This document shows, in pieces, positions 28,101 through 37,324 of a stretch of DNA of 64,000 bases. How positions within the stretch are numbered: position 1 is the first letter of the stretch; the number at the start of each line of letters is the position of its first letter. Origin of the DNA: an uncultured Coriobacteriaceae bacterium (lineage in GTDB: Bacteria > Actinomycetota > Coriobacteriia > Coriobacteriales > Coriobacteriaceae); contig CALUOB010000002.1 of the NCBI GenBank assembly GCA_944322175.1, forward strand, positions 29,078 to 93,077, given 5' to 3'. The notes under the pieces were generated by a model. It worked only from the letters and a program-made list of their open reading frames with translations, searched no databases and was not told where the DNA came from. Both the position numbers and the translations under genes were made by a program.

Positions 28101-31100
28101 GATGCTGTCATTTACGTTTATGACAGCTCCGATGAGCCCGTTGAGGGCGCTGAGGTGAGAAAGAGCGGTTCTGATGATAGTCTCGGAACAACCGACTCTG
28201 AAGGCAAGCTCACCACGGACGCGCTGAGTGCTGAGGCGGGCAACACCAGCATATATGCAAGCAAGGGAGAGGAAATATCCTTTGCCTTTACGTTCTCAGT
28301 TTATTCGGCACAAGGGGATGAGTCTGGAGCTGCGGACGGGATTCGTTTCGGGGCAGTTGATGATATAGCAACCCAAAAGCAAATTGGATGGCTCAGCAGC
28401 CCTTTGAGTGGTAAACAACAGGTTCTAAATTACCGTGTTAAGGGAGTAAAAGAGTGGACCTCAGTCGATGCCGAATCCAAGATGCTCTTTTTTTCCAAGG
28501 GCGGTAACAAGACCGTGCAATCGAACGGCGTTGTTCTTACAGGGCTTGCACCAGCAACAACCTATGAGTTCGCTGTTGGTACTGAAGACCATATGAGCGC
28601 CGAGAGAGAATTCACTACAGGTAATGAAGGCGGGGCAGCTCACAATTTCTTTGTGATCGGCGATATTCAAGAACAGGACACCACGAACATAAAGGGGATT
28701 ATCGACAAGCTGTCGGGATCTTCTTGGGACTTTGGCGTGCAGACGGGAGACGCCATTGATGATCCGACACTGTACGAGGATTGGCCAACGCTCGGCAATA
28801 TATTCGGTAGCGAGAAGCTGCACGGAACAAGCCTGATCAACGTTATGGGAAACCATGAGTATAACGGAGACGCCAGCGGGTCAATCGCATCTGCGATTTA
28901 TGGCAACGATACGACAGAGCCGGGCAGCTGTTGGTCAAAAAAGTATGGCGACCTTTATGTTGCGGTGATGAATTACAGCACGAATGCTGCGCAGATGCGT
29001 GAAGCAGCCGAGTGGCTTAAGGAGGATGCGAATGCATCCCATGCAAAGTGGCGTATTCTGTTCACGCACCAGCCTCCTTACTTCACAAACGCTACGGGTG
29101 GTAACGACGTCGTTTACGAGATTCTGCCCGAAGCTATCGACGCCGCAGGAATCGATGCGGTGTTCTCTGGCCATGATCACAGCGCCGTTCGCACGAATCC
29201 CCTAAAAGGAGATGAAGCCGACGACGCCGGTACGGTTTATTACATCTGTGGCTCCACGGGAGGCAAAGAGTACTCGATCACTTCGCAGGGCAAGTTTGAT
29301 TTTGAAAAGGTCTTTGCTCTTGCAACGATCGACTACAGCGCGATTTATCTTACCGCCCATGTTGAGGACGACACCCTAACCGTTACCATCAACGATCTCG
29401 ATGCCGGTCCTATCGATACGTTCGAAATCAAATCCAAGTGCCACAACGTTCACTACGATTTTGAGAGCGGTGTGTTCTCTTGCGATCGCTGTGGCAAAAC
29501 CTTCGATGACTACACAGGTATGGTGGAGGACGACGAAGGCAACAACTATTACTTCCTGAACGGCAAAATGCAAACCGGATGGGTTCTTATCGGAGAGGAT
29601 TATCACTACTTTGATGAGAACGGAGTTGAAGAGAAGGTCACCGTTGAGGACGAGAAGGAAACTTCCTGCGTCATTCAGGGCCATAAGACCTACGTATCCG
29701 AGTCCGGCGAAGAAAAATACGTCAAGGGCGATATTCCTCCAGGACATGAGTATGTTGACCAGGATAACGGGGACCGAATTTGCTCTGTTTGCGGTTGGAA
29801 GTACGTCGAGCTCAAGGACTGCGACATTAAGCTGAGCATGACGGAGGCGAACTACACCGGTGTGCCTCGTAAACCAAAGGTTACTGTTACGACGCCCGAT
29901 GGAATCCTTCTCACTCAAAGCGGCGATGGTAAAGACTACCAGGTGTTTACGTACACGCAGGAGGAGTTTGCCAAGCAATCCACTAAGGATATGCTCACCA
30001 ATGTCGGCACCGCTTATCTTGAGCTGAGATCGTATCGACCCGGCAAAAACGTAAACCTGAATGAATATCGTGGTGATTGCGGCGGCAGGATCAAGGTTTC
30101 TTTCCGCATCGTGCCCCCTGCCCCCAGCGATGCGTCAATCGCTTACGCCTCCTCTCAGGCAAGCCTGCGCTGGACTAAGGTCATTGTTAACGGCGATGAG
30201 CCCGTGGACGAGTACGTCATCTATCGCTCGAAAGATGACGGAAAGACTTATTCAGCGATCGCAACCACCGATAGCACGTCGTATGTCGACAAGTCCTATA
30301 AATCTGGCTACAAGTACTGTGTAGGCAGCCGTTGCGTTATTGATGGCGAGCACTATGACTCAAAGACCCGTCGTATTCCGGGTACCTTCAGGCCTGTGGT
30401 CAAAGCCACCCAAAACGAGGATGGAAAACCGTCCTTGAGCTGGTCGAAGCGCGAAGGTGTTACCTACGAAATCTGGCGCGCGAGCCTAACTGGATCCTTT
30501 AAGAAGATCGGTTCAACGGAGAACGGTACGTATGTCGATACGAAGGCCGTTGCGGGCACTAAGTACCGCTACAAGGTCAAGGCCTTGGATGGCTCCTTGA
30601 GTGTCGAAAGTTCGGTATGCACCGTCGAGTGCCTCTGCGCCGCCCCTAAGCTGACCGTCTCCAACCGCGTTGACGGTAAGCCAGTGCTCAGCTGGAGTAA
30701 GGTTTCTGGAGCAGTTGAGTATGATGTGTTCGTTTCGACCTCTGGCAAGACGGGGTCGTTCAGGCGCACGTTTACTGGAAAGGGCAATTCTCTAGCGCAT
30801 ACGTCTGCAAAGACGGGGGTTACCTATTATTACGCAGTTCGCGGTGTTACCAAGAACGACGGCAACGGTTCGTTTAGCGAGCATGTTTCTGGGGAGTGCC
30901 GGACAGAGACCATCGAAGCAGTGTTCGAGAACCGCGCGAAGGATGGATATCCTTTGATTACCTGGAACAAGGTTCCTGGTGCAACGAAGTATGAGGTTTA
31001 TCGGGCTACGAGTAAAAACGGGACGTATACCAAGATTTACGCGGCAACCGGAACGACTCTTGCCAACATCTCGGTGGATGAGAACAAGGTCTACTACTAC

Positions 31101-31742
31101 AAGGTGCGACCGGTTTCTTCCACGGGAATCAAGGGAAGCTTCAGCAACGTTGTCTCCGGAAAGTTCATGGGCACACCCATTGAGCTGAGCGTATCCTACC
31201 GATCGAGTGACTCTTGTCCGGTGATTGAGTGGAACAAGGTGCCCGGTGCGGCAAAGTACAAATTCTACCGTTCAACAACTGGGAAGGTTGGTAGTTTTGT
31301 GCCGGTTGCAACGGTAACGAGCTGCAAGGTCACTCATACAAGTGCACTGCCAGGCCGTACGTATTACTACAAGGTGCGAGCTATGTCCAAGAGCGGCACT
31401 CTCGGTGATCCAAGCGAGGCAGCGACTGGTGTGCGCGATGCCAGCTCGGTCATTCCCGAACTGAAAGTTGAGTACCGCGCAACCGACGGTAAGCCCAAGC
31501 TTACGTGGAATGCTATTGGAGGGGCCAAGGGGTACGAGGTGTATCTGTCTACTACCGGTGAGAGCGGCGACTTCGAGCTGATCTATACCGCAAAGGGCAC
31601 CTCCCTGTCCCACACTTCTGCTGCGGAAGGCATGGTGTACACGTACAAGATCAGGGCACTGTTTGAAGACGGTGGGACAAGTTCGTTTAGTGATCCCGTG
31701 CAAGCAGAGCTCTATGGTGCCGAGGCGCCTGAGGCAGCATAA
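25197..31742 (+). CDS. Giant secreted multidomain protein: phosphodiester glycosidase (NAGPA/DUF2233-like) + Ig-like domains + calcineurin-like metallophosphoesterase + one wall-binding repeat + about 6 FN3 repeats
   Basis: The GTG at 25197 is preceded by ggaggg and yields a signal peptide (VATSVRLRRVFAGALCFAFAALASFGLHSAFA). N-terminal AAVNADFFNMATGEPMGALVMEG...NYARCAIGIKSDG...LELDAGGSATF fits phosphodiester glycosidase. FFVIGDIQ, GDAIDD, MGNHEY, FTHQPP and GHDHSAVR (about 28640-29400) form a metallophosphoesterase signature. NYYFLNGKMQTGW is a CW-binding repeat. The C-terminal 30110-31720 holds repeated units of the type GKPxLxWxKVxGAxxYxVYR. No LPXTG motif or C-terminal TM segment. Confidence 0.8.
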   Translation: MATSVRLRRVFAGALCFAFAALASFGLHSAFAASSSWEGVADNDILVSDTVTHLANGVIQHEVISNNSSGTDQNIEYFADIDLSSADVQLVAGYGKNNADSWSLTRTTDQAKAYEKDNPGKTVVAAVNADFFNMATGEPMGALVMEGEVKHQANGRWYFGVTKDGKAVIRNTNDLSDLQMAVGGNSLTAQNGKVLDLPDNGFNEINYARCAIGIKSDGSVLTVTTHGNFAPTSCGRSNTEIAQILVNAGCETVLELDAGGSATFASRAEGEDELAVKNTPRDGAERQVSSSLLIVSTSKPTGVFDHASILPNNEVYTPGSKVQFTAKGIDNAGAAMDLPEGIQFRVASDSKDLGSIDAETGLFVAGDTEGTVTIEAVLNDKTVGSTTIDIAKPDEIYFASEDVNLGFGETSDLGVVVRSKKREINYKDGDLVWSISDPALGTFEGNLFIASDGSDLHGVATATSKWDESVKGEVEVNVGVLPTQVWDFEDKVVEDADEDGDGEGSGEVIPAEEYYIGTEDKPGILTHSNYGRGGKESIEIVSIDDDEPVWRGENSLKLNYDFTECGEVTEGACIGTTEQFEIPGTPTGIGVWVYAPDGVGIEYEGDGSQAGFWLRGYVQDGAGNNQPYDFTLEPKNADVVSGEEQPGIYWKGWKYLEADLTHLSAPYSIQPGMTFRLMYVAGTKMGTKSANAIYFDNLQFVYGTNVDDVDAPVVDSILLNDEELENGATIGNGTVNVTATFHDVDNKYTTGIDPTTVRLQIDGVNVLDNEDYESAYMEADNRVYLYNCQLNDGVHSVTVSMKDGFGNDVNETRFFTIDTGNSDAQSTVSVTPTSQSAVIGKSVTLEVRYQGDSVTDATVSVMLGNRFPDYTVDFSSDYEGSSSWSNLNRTVTLEATRKDNASFSDNLIATIKVAIPVNLKDGDMFNYAIKRGSYTTDDGSYNTFSEPEQELPIVAPLHIEAEPIVENQDAVIYVYDSSDEPVEGAEVRKSGSDDSLGTTDSEGKLTTDALSAEAGNTSIYASKGEEISFAFTFSVYSAQGDESGAADGIRFGAVDDIATQKQIGWLSSPLSGKQQVLNYRVKGVKEWTSVDAESKMLFFSKGGNKTVQSNGVVLTGLAPATTYEFAVGTEDHMSAEREFTTGNEGGAAHNFFVIGDIQEQDTTNIKGIIDKLSGSSWDFGVQTGDAIDDPTLYEDWPTLGNIFGSEKLHGTSLINVMGNHEYNGDASGSIASAIYGNDTTEPGSCWSKKYGDLYVAVMNYSTNAAQMREAAEWLKEDANASHAKWRILFTHQPPYFTNATGGNDVVYEILPEAIDAAGIDAVFSGHDHSAVRTNPLKGDEADDAGTVYYICGSTGGKEYSITSQGKFDFEKVFALATIDYSAIYLTAHVEDDTLTVTINDLDAGPIDTFEIKSKCHNVHYDFESGVFSCDRCGKTFDDYTGMVEDDEGNNYYFLNGKMQTGWVLIGEDYHYFDENGVEEKVTVEDEKETSCVIQGHKTYVSESGEEKYVKGDIPPGHEYVDQDNGDRICSVCGWKYVELKDCDIKLSMTEANYTGVPRKPKVTVTTPDGILLTQSGDGKDYQVFTYTQEEFAKQSTKDMLTNVGTAYLELRSYRPGKNVNLNEYRGDCGGRIKVSFRIVPPAPSDASIAYASSQASLRWTKVIVNGDEPVDEYVIYRSKDDGKTYSAIATTDSTSYVDKSYKSGYKYCVGSRCVIDGEHYDSKTRRIPGTFRPVVKATQNEDGKPSLSWSKREGVTYEIWRASLTGSFKKIGSTENGTYVDTKAVAGTKYRYKVKALDGSLSVESSVCTVECLCAAPKLTVSNRVDGKPVLSWSKVSGAVEYDVFVSTSGKTGSFRRTFTGKGNSLAHTSAKTGVTYYYAVRGVTKNDGNGSFSEHVSGECRTETIEAVFENRAKDGYPLITWNKVPGATKYEVYRATSKNGTYTKIYAATGTTLANISVDENKVYYYKVRPVSSTGIKGSFSNVVSGKFMGTPIELSVSYRSSDSCPVIEWNKVPGAAKYKFYRSTTGKVGSFVPVATVTSCKVTHTSALPGRTYYYKVRAMSKSGTLGDPSEAATGVRDASSVIPELKVEYRATDGKPKLTWNAIGGAKGYEVYLSTTGESGDFELIYTAKGTSLSHTSAAEGMVYTYKIRALFEDGGTSSFSDPVQAELYGAEAPEAA

Positions 31743-31796
31743 CGTGTAACGGATGCCGTGTCGTGCTGTGATTTGCACAGCAATAGCTCTTCTAGG

Positions 31797-31831
31797 GAGG
31801 GGCGCGCCGAAACGGAGGCGCCCCTCTTTTT
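31797..31831 (+). terminator. Rho-independent terminator after the giant exoprotein gene
   Basis: gaggggcgc (31797-31805) pairs perfectly with gcgcccctc (31818-31826), with a 12-nt loop, followed by ttttt (31827-31831). Confidence 0.85.
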
Positions 31832-31850
31832 CATATCCGACAAGCCGTAT

Positions 31851-34550
31851 ATGAAGCCCGTGGAATTGGGCAATCCCTCATCATCTGAGTTAAAATTTCA
31901 ACAGTATGTCAGTACGGAGGCTGAGCTCGAACTGCCGGGGCTCGGCCTGAGTGTATCGGGATGGTTGCTCATGCGGACCGAAGACGACAATGTATTAACT
32001 GACGAGGCGATGCGTGACGACGCTGTGCGCGATGAAGCCGCTCTAGTCGACTCCGAAAATGAGGGGCCGGGTGCTTCGGAAGATGCAGAAAAGCGAGCGC
32101 GGAGCAAGCGCAAGCATACGCCTCGTCGTTTCATGCTTCGGCAGGCGGCTCGTGCTCGTAAACTCGTCATGTGCGGGCAGGGATATTCCTTGCGCGGCGC
32201 TCGCTCGTGGATTCGCCGCACACGTATCGACTGGCGCGTGCGCAACTACAGCGCTCATGAGATTCGTTGGGCTCACAAGCATGGTTTTTCTGCCTATCAG
32301 GTCGCGCGCTACGGCATTACTCCTCAAAACGTGGGGGATTTCATTTCCGAGAAGGATTATGACCTCCTCTTTCCCTTCAATGGAAAATACGATAAGTGGC
32401 TAAATGACCGTATCACTACGCTTATAGTCGCCGGTCCTTTTGCATCTCGATTTGAGCCCGTTCACTTCAATATCATCTCGCGGAACGGAGAGCTCCTTTT
32501 CATTCCAGTATCTGAGGAGGCTCGCGCTGTTGCTCAGGAGAAAAAGGATGCCCTCGCCGCTTTCTTGACGTTCCTTGGTCGGTATCGCAAGACGAAGGAG
32601 CTTTGCCTCAACGGTTCCGCTTGGTCCAACAGGCTGTATCGCTCTCTTCAGGCTCTGCCTAGGCCCAAGGATGGCAATCGCTCCTATCTGTTGGGTAACA
32701 ACGTTGTTGGCCGAGACGAGCTTGTCGATTTCTTGCAGCGCATGGCCGACAAGCGTTCTCTCGTACTTTACGAGCCGGCGCCGGCAGACGCGGGCCTTGA
32801 TGCGCTTGGGCTCGACGTATACGGCAACGCACGTATCGTTCTGTTCAATCCGACGGGCAACGATCCGCAAATCGGCGATGCATACATGCGCATTCTTGAC
32901 GATACGCGCAGTGATGGGCTCGATCAAGAGCAGGATGCCGAGGGCGCAACAGCCGAAGCCGTAGAGCACGACTATGACGACGATGACGACCGTGCTGCAG
33001 ATGAGGAGAAGGAGAGCGCTCCGCGCCTCCGCTTCTACGCCGCTCCGATCGATCTTGCGACGGGTGCTTTTGATGGCGCCCGCGCTCTTTACACCCGCGG
33101 TAAGTACATCGACACGCCGACTCATGTTGAGAAGGGTCTTCCTCTCAAGGGGCGGGTGCTCCATTGGGATGAGATCAAGCGCGATCTCATCGCTCTGTGC
33201 AAGCGCCTCCCTCAGATCGAGTTTATGGAAGTTGCCGTTCGCTCCACTAAGGACGGCTACCGAATCGTGCGGGTAGATCCGTCGCCGGCGTATAGCCGCG
33301 CGCTGCCCTTCTCGCCTTCCGTTCAGCAATTCCTTAAGAGTAAGCTTGCAGATAAGCAGCAAAGTACCGACAAGGGCTTTGGCCGTGCCCGCCACGCGGC
33401 CTTCCTGCGTACGCGTCGCGCATTTACTAAGACATTTTATCCTGCAGGAATGGTGTATTACCAAGGGCTTCGATACCCGCACGACGTAATTGAAGATCTG
33501 TTCTCGCGCAACGGCATTGGTCTGGGGCGCAAGCTTTGGGCGTACCGTCATGGCTTCCTTTCGTATCGTCTCGACTTGTATCCCGAGCTTTGTGAGGACA
33601 ACTGGCAGAACTACGTTACCGACCTCGAGTACCGCTGGCTGCGTCATATCAATCCCAAGTACCGCACATGGATGGAAGACAAGATTACCTACAAGTACCT
33701 GTTTTCCGAGTATCCGGAATGCTTGCCGCAGTATTACTACTTTACGAGTTGCCGTGCGGGGGAGAATCGTATCGTTCCGATGATGGATTGCCCTGAGGGC
33801 TATGATGCAACGGTTGAGTCTATTTTGCGGCTTGTGCGCGAGATTGGCGTCGTTGCTCTTAAGCCCGATGAGGGCTCGCATGGCGAGGGATTCTATAAGC
33901 TTTCCTATGAAGACGGGGTGTATGCCCTAAACGGGGAGCCTACGACGGCAGAGCACGTAGAGTCGATCTTGCGTGATCCCGCGAATCAGTACCTCGTATC
34001 CGAATACATTGACATGCATCCTGACCTCAAACGCATTTATCCCGGTGCGGTAAATACGGTTCGCGTTACGGTATTTAAACGTGATGGCGTAAATCCCCAG
34101 ATCGGCAATGCATATTTCCGTATCGGTTCTTCGCGTACGGGCGCGGTGGACAATGTTGTTGCCGGCGGCTTGGTGGCAGAGGTTGACGTGACTACGGGCC
34201 GTTACGGCAACGCACGTACGCTCGTCGACAATCGCATTGTCTTTGAGCGGGAGCATCCCGATACGGGTGTTGTCATTGAGGGCGAGTTGCCTCATTGGGA
34301 CGATATCCGTCGTAAGATTCTGGCTATTGCGCGTTCGGTGCCTCAGCTCGAGTACCTCGGTTTTGACGTTGCCATAACTACCGACGGTTTCCGCTTACTC
34401 GAGGTCAACCGGTACCCCGATTACCCGCGAATTTCCCGTCTTACGCCCGAGACCATCTCGTATCTTCTGATGAAGATCGAGGACAAGAAGCGCTTCCGCA
34501 AGGTTGACGAGAATCCGAGTTTCTTCAAGCTGCCGCGGAGAGACGCATGA
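31851..34550 (+). CDS. Protein with two tandem sugar-transfer-associated ATP-grasp (ATPgrasp_ST) modules; the first looks divergent
   Basis: The second module is clear: VVALKPDEGSHGEGFYK, NTVRVTVFKRDGVNPQIGNAYFRIGSSRTGAVDNVVAGGLVAEVD, EHPDTG, LGFDVAITTDGFRLLEVNRYPDYP. The first module shares the layout (HKHGFSAYQVARYG..., NARIVLFNPTGNDPQIGDAYMRIL, THVEKGLPLKG, MEVAVRSTKDGYRIVRVDPSP) but carries an acidic insert (DYDDDDDRAADEEKE). Start placed at the ATG at 31851, after the terminator; track ORF 31758 would run through the terminator. Confidence 0.65.
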   Translation: MKPVELGNPSSSELKFQQYVSTEAELELPGLGLSVSGWLLMRTEDDNVLTDEAMRDDAVRDEAALVDSENEGPGASEDAEKRARSKRKHTPRRFMLRQAARARKLVMCGQGYSLRGARSWIRRTRIDWRVRNYSAHEIRWAHKHGFSAYQVARYGITPQNVGDFISEKDYDLLFPFNGKYDKWLNDRITTLIVAGPFASRFEPVHFNIISRNGELLFIPVSEEARAVAQEKKDALAAFLTFLGRYRKTKELCLNGSAWSNRLYRSLQALPRPKDGNRSYLLGNNVVGRDELVDFLQRMADKRSLVLYEPAPADAGLDALGLDVYGNARIVLFNPTGNDPQIGDAYMRILDDTRSDGLDQEQDAEGATAEAVEHDYDDDDDRAADEEKESAPRLRFYAAPIDLATGAFDGARALYTRGKYIDTPTHVEKGLPLKGRVLHWDEIKRDLIALCKRLPQIEFMEVAVRSTKDGYRIVRVDPSPAYSRALPFSPSVQQFLKSKLADKQQSTDKGFGRARHAAFLRTRRAFTKTFYPAGMVYYQGLRYPHDVIEDLFSRNGIGLGRKLWAYRHGFLSYRLDLYPELCEDNWQNYVTDLEYRWLRHINPKYRTWMEDKITYKYLFSEYPECLPQYYYFTSCRAGENRIVPMMDCPEGYDATVESILRLVREIGVVALKPDEGSHGEGFYKLSYEDGVYALNGEPTTAEHVESILRDPANQYLVSEYIDMHPDLKRIYPGAVNTVRVTVFKRDGVNPQIGNAYFRIGSSRTGAVDNVVAGGLVAEVDVTTGRYGNARTLVDNRIVFEREHPDTGVVIEGELPHWDDIRRKILAIARSVPQLEYLGFDVAITTDGFRLLEVNRYPDYPRISRLTPETISYLLMKIEDKKRFRKVDENPSFFKLPRRDA

Positions 34551-35668
34551 GGCTTTTGGTCGAGACGGCAAAGTGCGTGTTGCGGGCGCTCTATGCGCTC
34601 ATAAAGGCGGTGTGCCCGCAACAGCCTAATCGTGTGGTCTTCCTGAGCCGTCAAAGCAACGAACCCCAGCTCGATTTTCTCATGCTTATTGAGCGGCTCG
34701 AACGGGAGTGTTCCGGGGTTCGTTGCACGTGTATCTGCTGCCGTTCAGACAGAGATCTTCGCTCCCGGGTGCGTTATCTGGGGGCGTTTCTCTACAGTAT
34801 GGTGTGCCTTGCTCGTTCGCGGGTGTGCGTGCTCAATAGTTATTGGCCTGCCGTGTCGATCCTTAATCATCGTGGGAGCCTTAAGGTAATTCAGATCTGG
34901 CATGCCCTGGGAAAGATTAAGCAGTCGGGGTATCAGACGCTTGATCGGGACATGGGTCACTCGAGTGCTATGGCGCAGGAACTAGCAATGCACAAGGGCT
35001 ATGATATTGTTATTGCCGGCGCCAAGGCATGGAATCCCATGTACTGTGCGTCGTTTGGAATCAAAAACGATGTCATTCGCAACGTAGGTCTTCCGCGCCT
35101 TGACTTTCTTCAGACCCAGGGTGATGCGGTCCGCAAGCGCTTTTTTGAGAAGTACCCTGATCTGAAGGGCAGGCGAATCGTACTGTACGCTCCTACGTTT
35201 CGACCGGGTGTAAAGCGTGGTGCCGCGCGCCTGTTTGAGGAGCTTACGAAGGCTGGCTCGGTAGTCCTGTTCAAGCATCATCCCAACCAGCCGATGAAAA
35301 TCGATGATCCAGCGGTTCTTTCTGCTCCCGACTTTACGTCGCTCGAGCTGCTTCTCGTCTGTGATTATCTCGTGACCGATTATTCTGCCATCGCCATCGA
35401 AGCTGCATCGGTGCATGTCAAAACGTATTATTACTGCTTTGACATTGAAGCGTATCGCGAAAAGAACGGCCTCAACATAGACCTGGAGCAGTTGCTGCCC
35501 CATTGCGTTTATAGGGATGCAGGCGAAATTGCTCGCGCAATGGAGGGCCCGTATCCAATAGACGAATTTGAGGCATATCGTGCTCGCTACGTCTTACCGG
35601 ATAAAGACCTCGGCAAGTCGACCGAGCGAATCGTAGATATGATTAGGGAAGGGCTTGATCCATGCTAA
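34547..35668 (+). CDS. CDP-glycerol/CDP-ribitol poly(alditol-phosphate) transferase, TagF/TagB (Glyphos_transf) family
   Basis: QIWHALGKIKQSGY (catalytic His region), RIVLYAPTFR and LVTDYSAIAIEA match the TagF-family motifs (WHG.G.K, ILYAPT[WF]R, itDYSS..fd). The ATGA start overlaps the upstream stop. Confidence 0.8.
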   Translation: MRLLVETAKCVLRALYALIKAVCPQQPNRVVFLSRQSNEPQLDFLMLIERLERECSGVRCTCICCRSDRDLRSRVRYLGAFLYSMVCLARSRVCVLNSYWPAVSILNHRGSLKVIQIWHALGKIKQSGYQTLDRDMGHSSAMAQELAMHKGYDIVIAGAKAWNPMYCASFGIKNDVIRNVGLPRLDFLQTQGDAVRKRFFEKYPDLKGRRIVLYAPTFRPGVKRGAARLFEELTKAGSVVLFKHHPNQPMKIDDPAVLSAPDFTSLELLLVCDYLVTDYSAIAIEAASVHVKTYYYCFDIEAYREKNGLNIDLEQLLPHCVYRDAGEIARAMEGPYPIDEFEAYRARYVLPDKDLGKSTERIVDMIREGLDPC

Positions 35669-36714
35669 GAAGCGCGTACCGATGGGTTACTGATCGCCTT
35701 AAGTTCGCGTATCTGTGGGTGTTTCGTATCCTGTTTGCTCCGAACCACTTTGGCGTGAGTCTGTTTAAGCGCATCAAGTGGGCAGTTTGCGGCGGATATA
35801 TGTGCGATCAGGTTGCTCTATATCATCTTGATCGCGAGACGCGCAAAGATTACCTTTCGGAGTTTGACTGGTATCGATCCCGCGTGATTAATCATCCGTA
35901 TGAGACGATGCTCAACAACAAGGTGCTCTGCGCGCAAATGCTCACTCCTTATGCTTCGGTGCCCGAGGTCCTCTTTTTCATGGAAAAGGGCAAGATTGTT
36001 TGCCCCCAGCGAGCGGATAGGTGGGCGACGCAGGACGAGGTTCTCGCGACGATCCGAGAGCAGGGCAAGGTCTTTATCAAGCCTGTTTCTTCGGGTAAGG
36101 GTAAGGGAGTTCATCTTTTAGGGTATGAGAACGGTTCGTACCACATTGACCTCGAACCTGTGGCAGAGAGCGCTATTCGTGCGCAGATCTCCGAAAAAGA
36201 TTGGCACATCGTTGAATGTGCCTCGCAAAGCGCCTTCTTGAACGGAATATTCCCGCATGCGAGCAACACGATTCGAGCCATTACGCTGCGTGATCCTGAG
36301 ACGGGCAGCTACCGTATGTTCTTTGCTGTGCTTCGAATCGGAACCGATTCGACCATACCGGTAGACAACGGCAGCAAGGGTGGCCTCGTTGCAAAGATTG
36401 ATCTCGAAACGGGCGAGCTCTCGGAGGCTCGAAGCATTCAAGCTGACGTGCATATGAGCCTGCATCCTGATACCGGAGCCCAGATTGAGGGTGCTCGCAT
36501 TCCTAACTGGCATCAGGTTCGTCAGCAAGTCGTTGCTTTGGCCGAACATCTGCCGTTTATGGAATTCATTGCTTGGGATATTCTGCTTACCGACGATGGC
36601 TTCACGGTGATTGAGGCGAATGCTTCGTCTGGTGTTAACATCATCCAGATTTGGGGCGGACAGCGTCATGGGGAGCTGGGCGCATTTTACCGTGCGCACA
36701 AGATCATAAGGTAG
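35662..36714 (+). CDS. Sugar-transfer-associated ATP-grasp (ATPgrasp_ST) ligase
   Basis: VFIKPVSSGKGKGVHLL, NTIRAITLRDPETGSYRMFFAVLRIGTDSTIPVDNGSKGGLVAKID, LHPDTG, IAWDILLTDDGFTVIEANASSG. Same layout as the C-terminal domains of 18491-21736 and 31851-34550. Confidence 0.7.
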   Translation: MLRSAYRWVTDRLKFAYLWVFRILFAPNHFGVSLFKRIKWAVCGGYMCDQVALYHLDRETRKDYLSEFDWYRSRVINHPYETMLNNKVLCAQMLTPYASVPEVLFFMEKGKIVCPQRADRWATQDEVLATIREQGKVFIKPVSSGKGKGVHLLGYENGSYHIDLEPVAESAIRAQISEKDWHIVECASQSAFLNGIFPHASNTIRAITLRDPETGSYRMFFAVLRIGTDSTIPVDNGSKGGLVAKIDLETGELSEARSIQADVHMSLHPDTGAQIEGARIPNWHQVRQQVVALAEHLPFMEFIAWDILLTDDGFTVIEANASSGVNIIQIWGGQRHGELGAFYRAHKIIR

Positions 36715-36719
36715 GGTTG

Positions 36720-37316
36720 ATGAGATACATCATCATGGCTAACGGCGCTGCAACGCGCTGGGGGAACTACCTTGGTGTGCCCAAGCATCTCGCTCGTGTG
36801 GGGGAAGAGACGCTCTTGGAGCGCACGGTGCGCTTGGTTGGGGCTGCTTCTCCTGATGCTGAAGTCGTTATCAGCGCGCATGATGAGCGCTACCGAGTTA
36901 AAGGCGCGCGCTTCTATACCCCTCTTCGAAACGACTACGAGATCGATCGGTTTGTCTTGGAGCTTCTTGACGAGCCTTGTTGCTTTTTGTATGGCGATGC
37001 ATGTTATACACCCGAAGCGATCGACACCATTTGTGCTGCGGGTGGGAGCAGCGACTTGCTCTTTTTTGGGAGTTCGAGTCGAATCTTTGCCGTCAAGGTG
37101 TTTGCCCCCGAGGTTGCTGCTAGCCTGTTGCGAGACCTGCGCGCAGAGATCGAAGAGGGCTCTATTCCCGACTGTAAAGGATGGCAGCTCTATCATCGCT
37201 ATCTCGGTATGCCCCTAGAGGGCAAGGCGATTGGCGACGATTACGTGCTGATCGAAGACGGAACGACGGATTTTAACACGCCGAGTGAATACGAGGCGTA
37301 TTTGGGGAATCGGTAG
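36720..37316 (+). CDS. Nucleotidyltransferase (NTP_transferase / IspD-TarI-LicC-like), probable activator of a polyol- or sugar-phosphate
   Basis: Start at the ATG at 36720 (track ORF begins earlier in frame). N-terminal IIMANGAATRWGNYLGVPKHL matches the G-x-G-x-R...PK-x-L signature of nucleotidylyltransferases. Located between the ATP-grasp gene and tagG. Confidence 0.55.
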   Translation: MRYIIMANGAATRWGNYLGVPKHLARVGEETLLERTVRLVGAASPDAEVVISAHDERYRVKGARFYTPLRNDYEIDRFVLELLDEPCCFLYGDACYTPEAIDTICAAGGSSDLLFFGSSSRIFAVKVFAPEVAASLLRDLRAEIEEGSIPDCKGWQLYHRYLGMPLEGKAIGDDYVLIEDGTTDFNTPSEYEAYLGNR

Positions 37317-37324
37317 GTGATCGC

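Noticed and set aside
31758-31850. Upstream extension of the double ATP-grasp ORF
   Set aside because: The extension would be translated through a strong rho-independent terminator (31797-31831). The start was moved to the ATG at 31851, though this remains uncertain.
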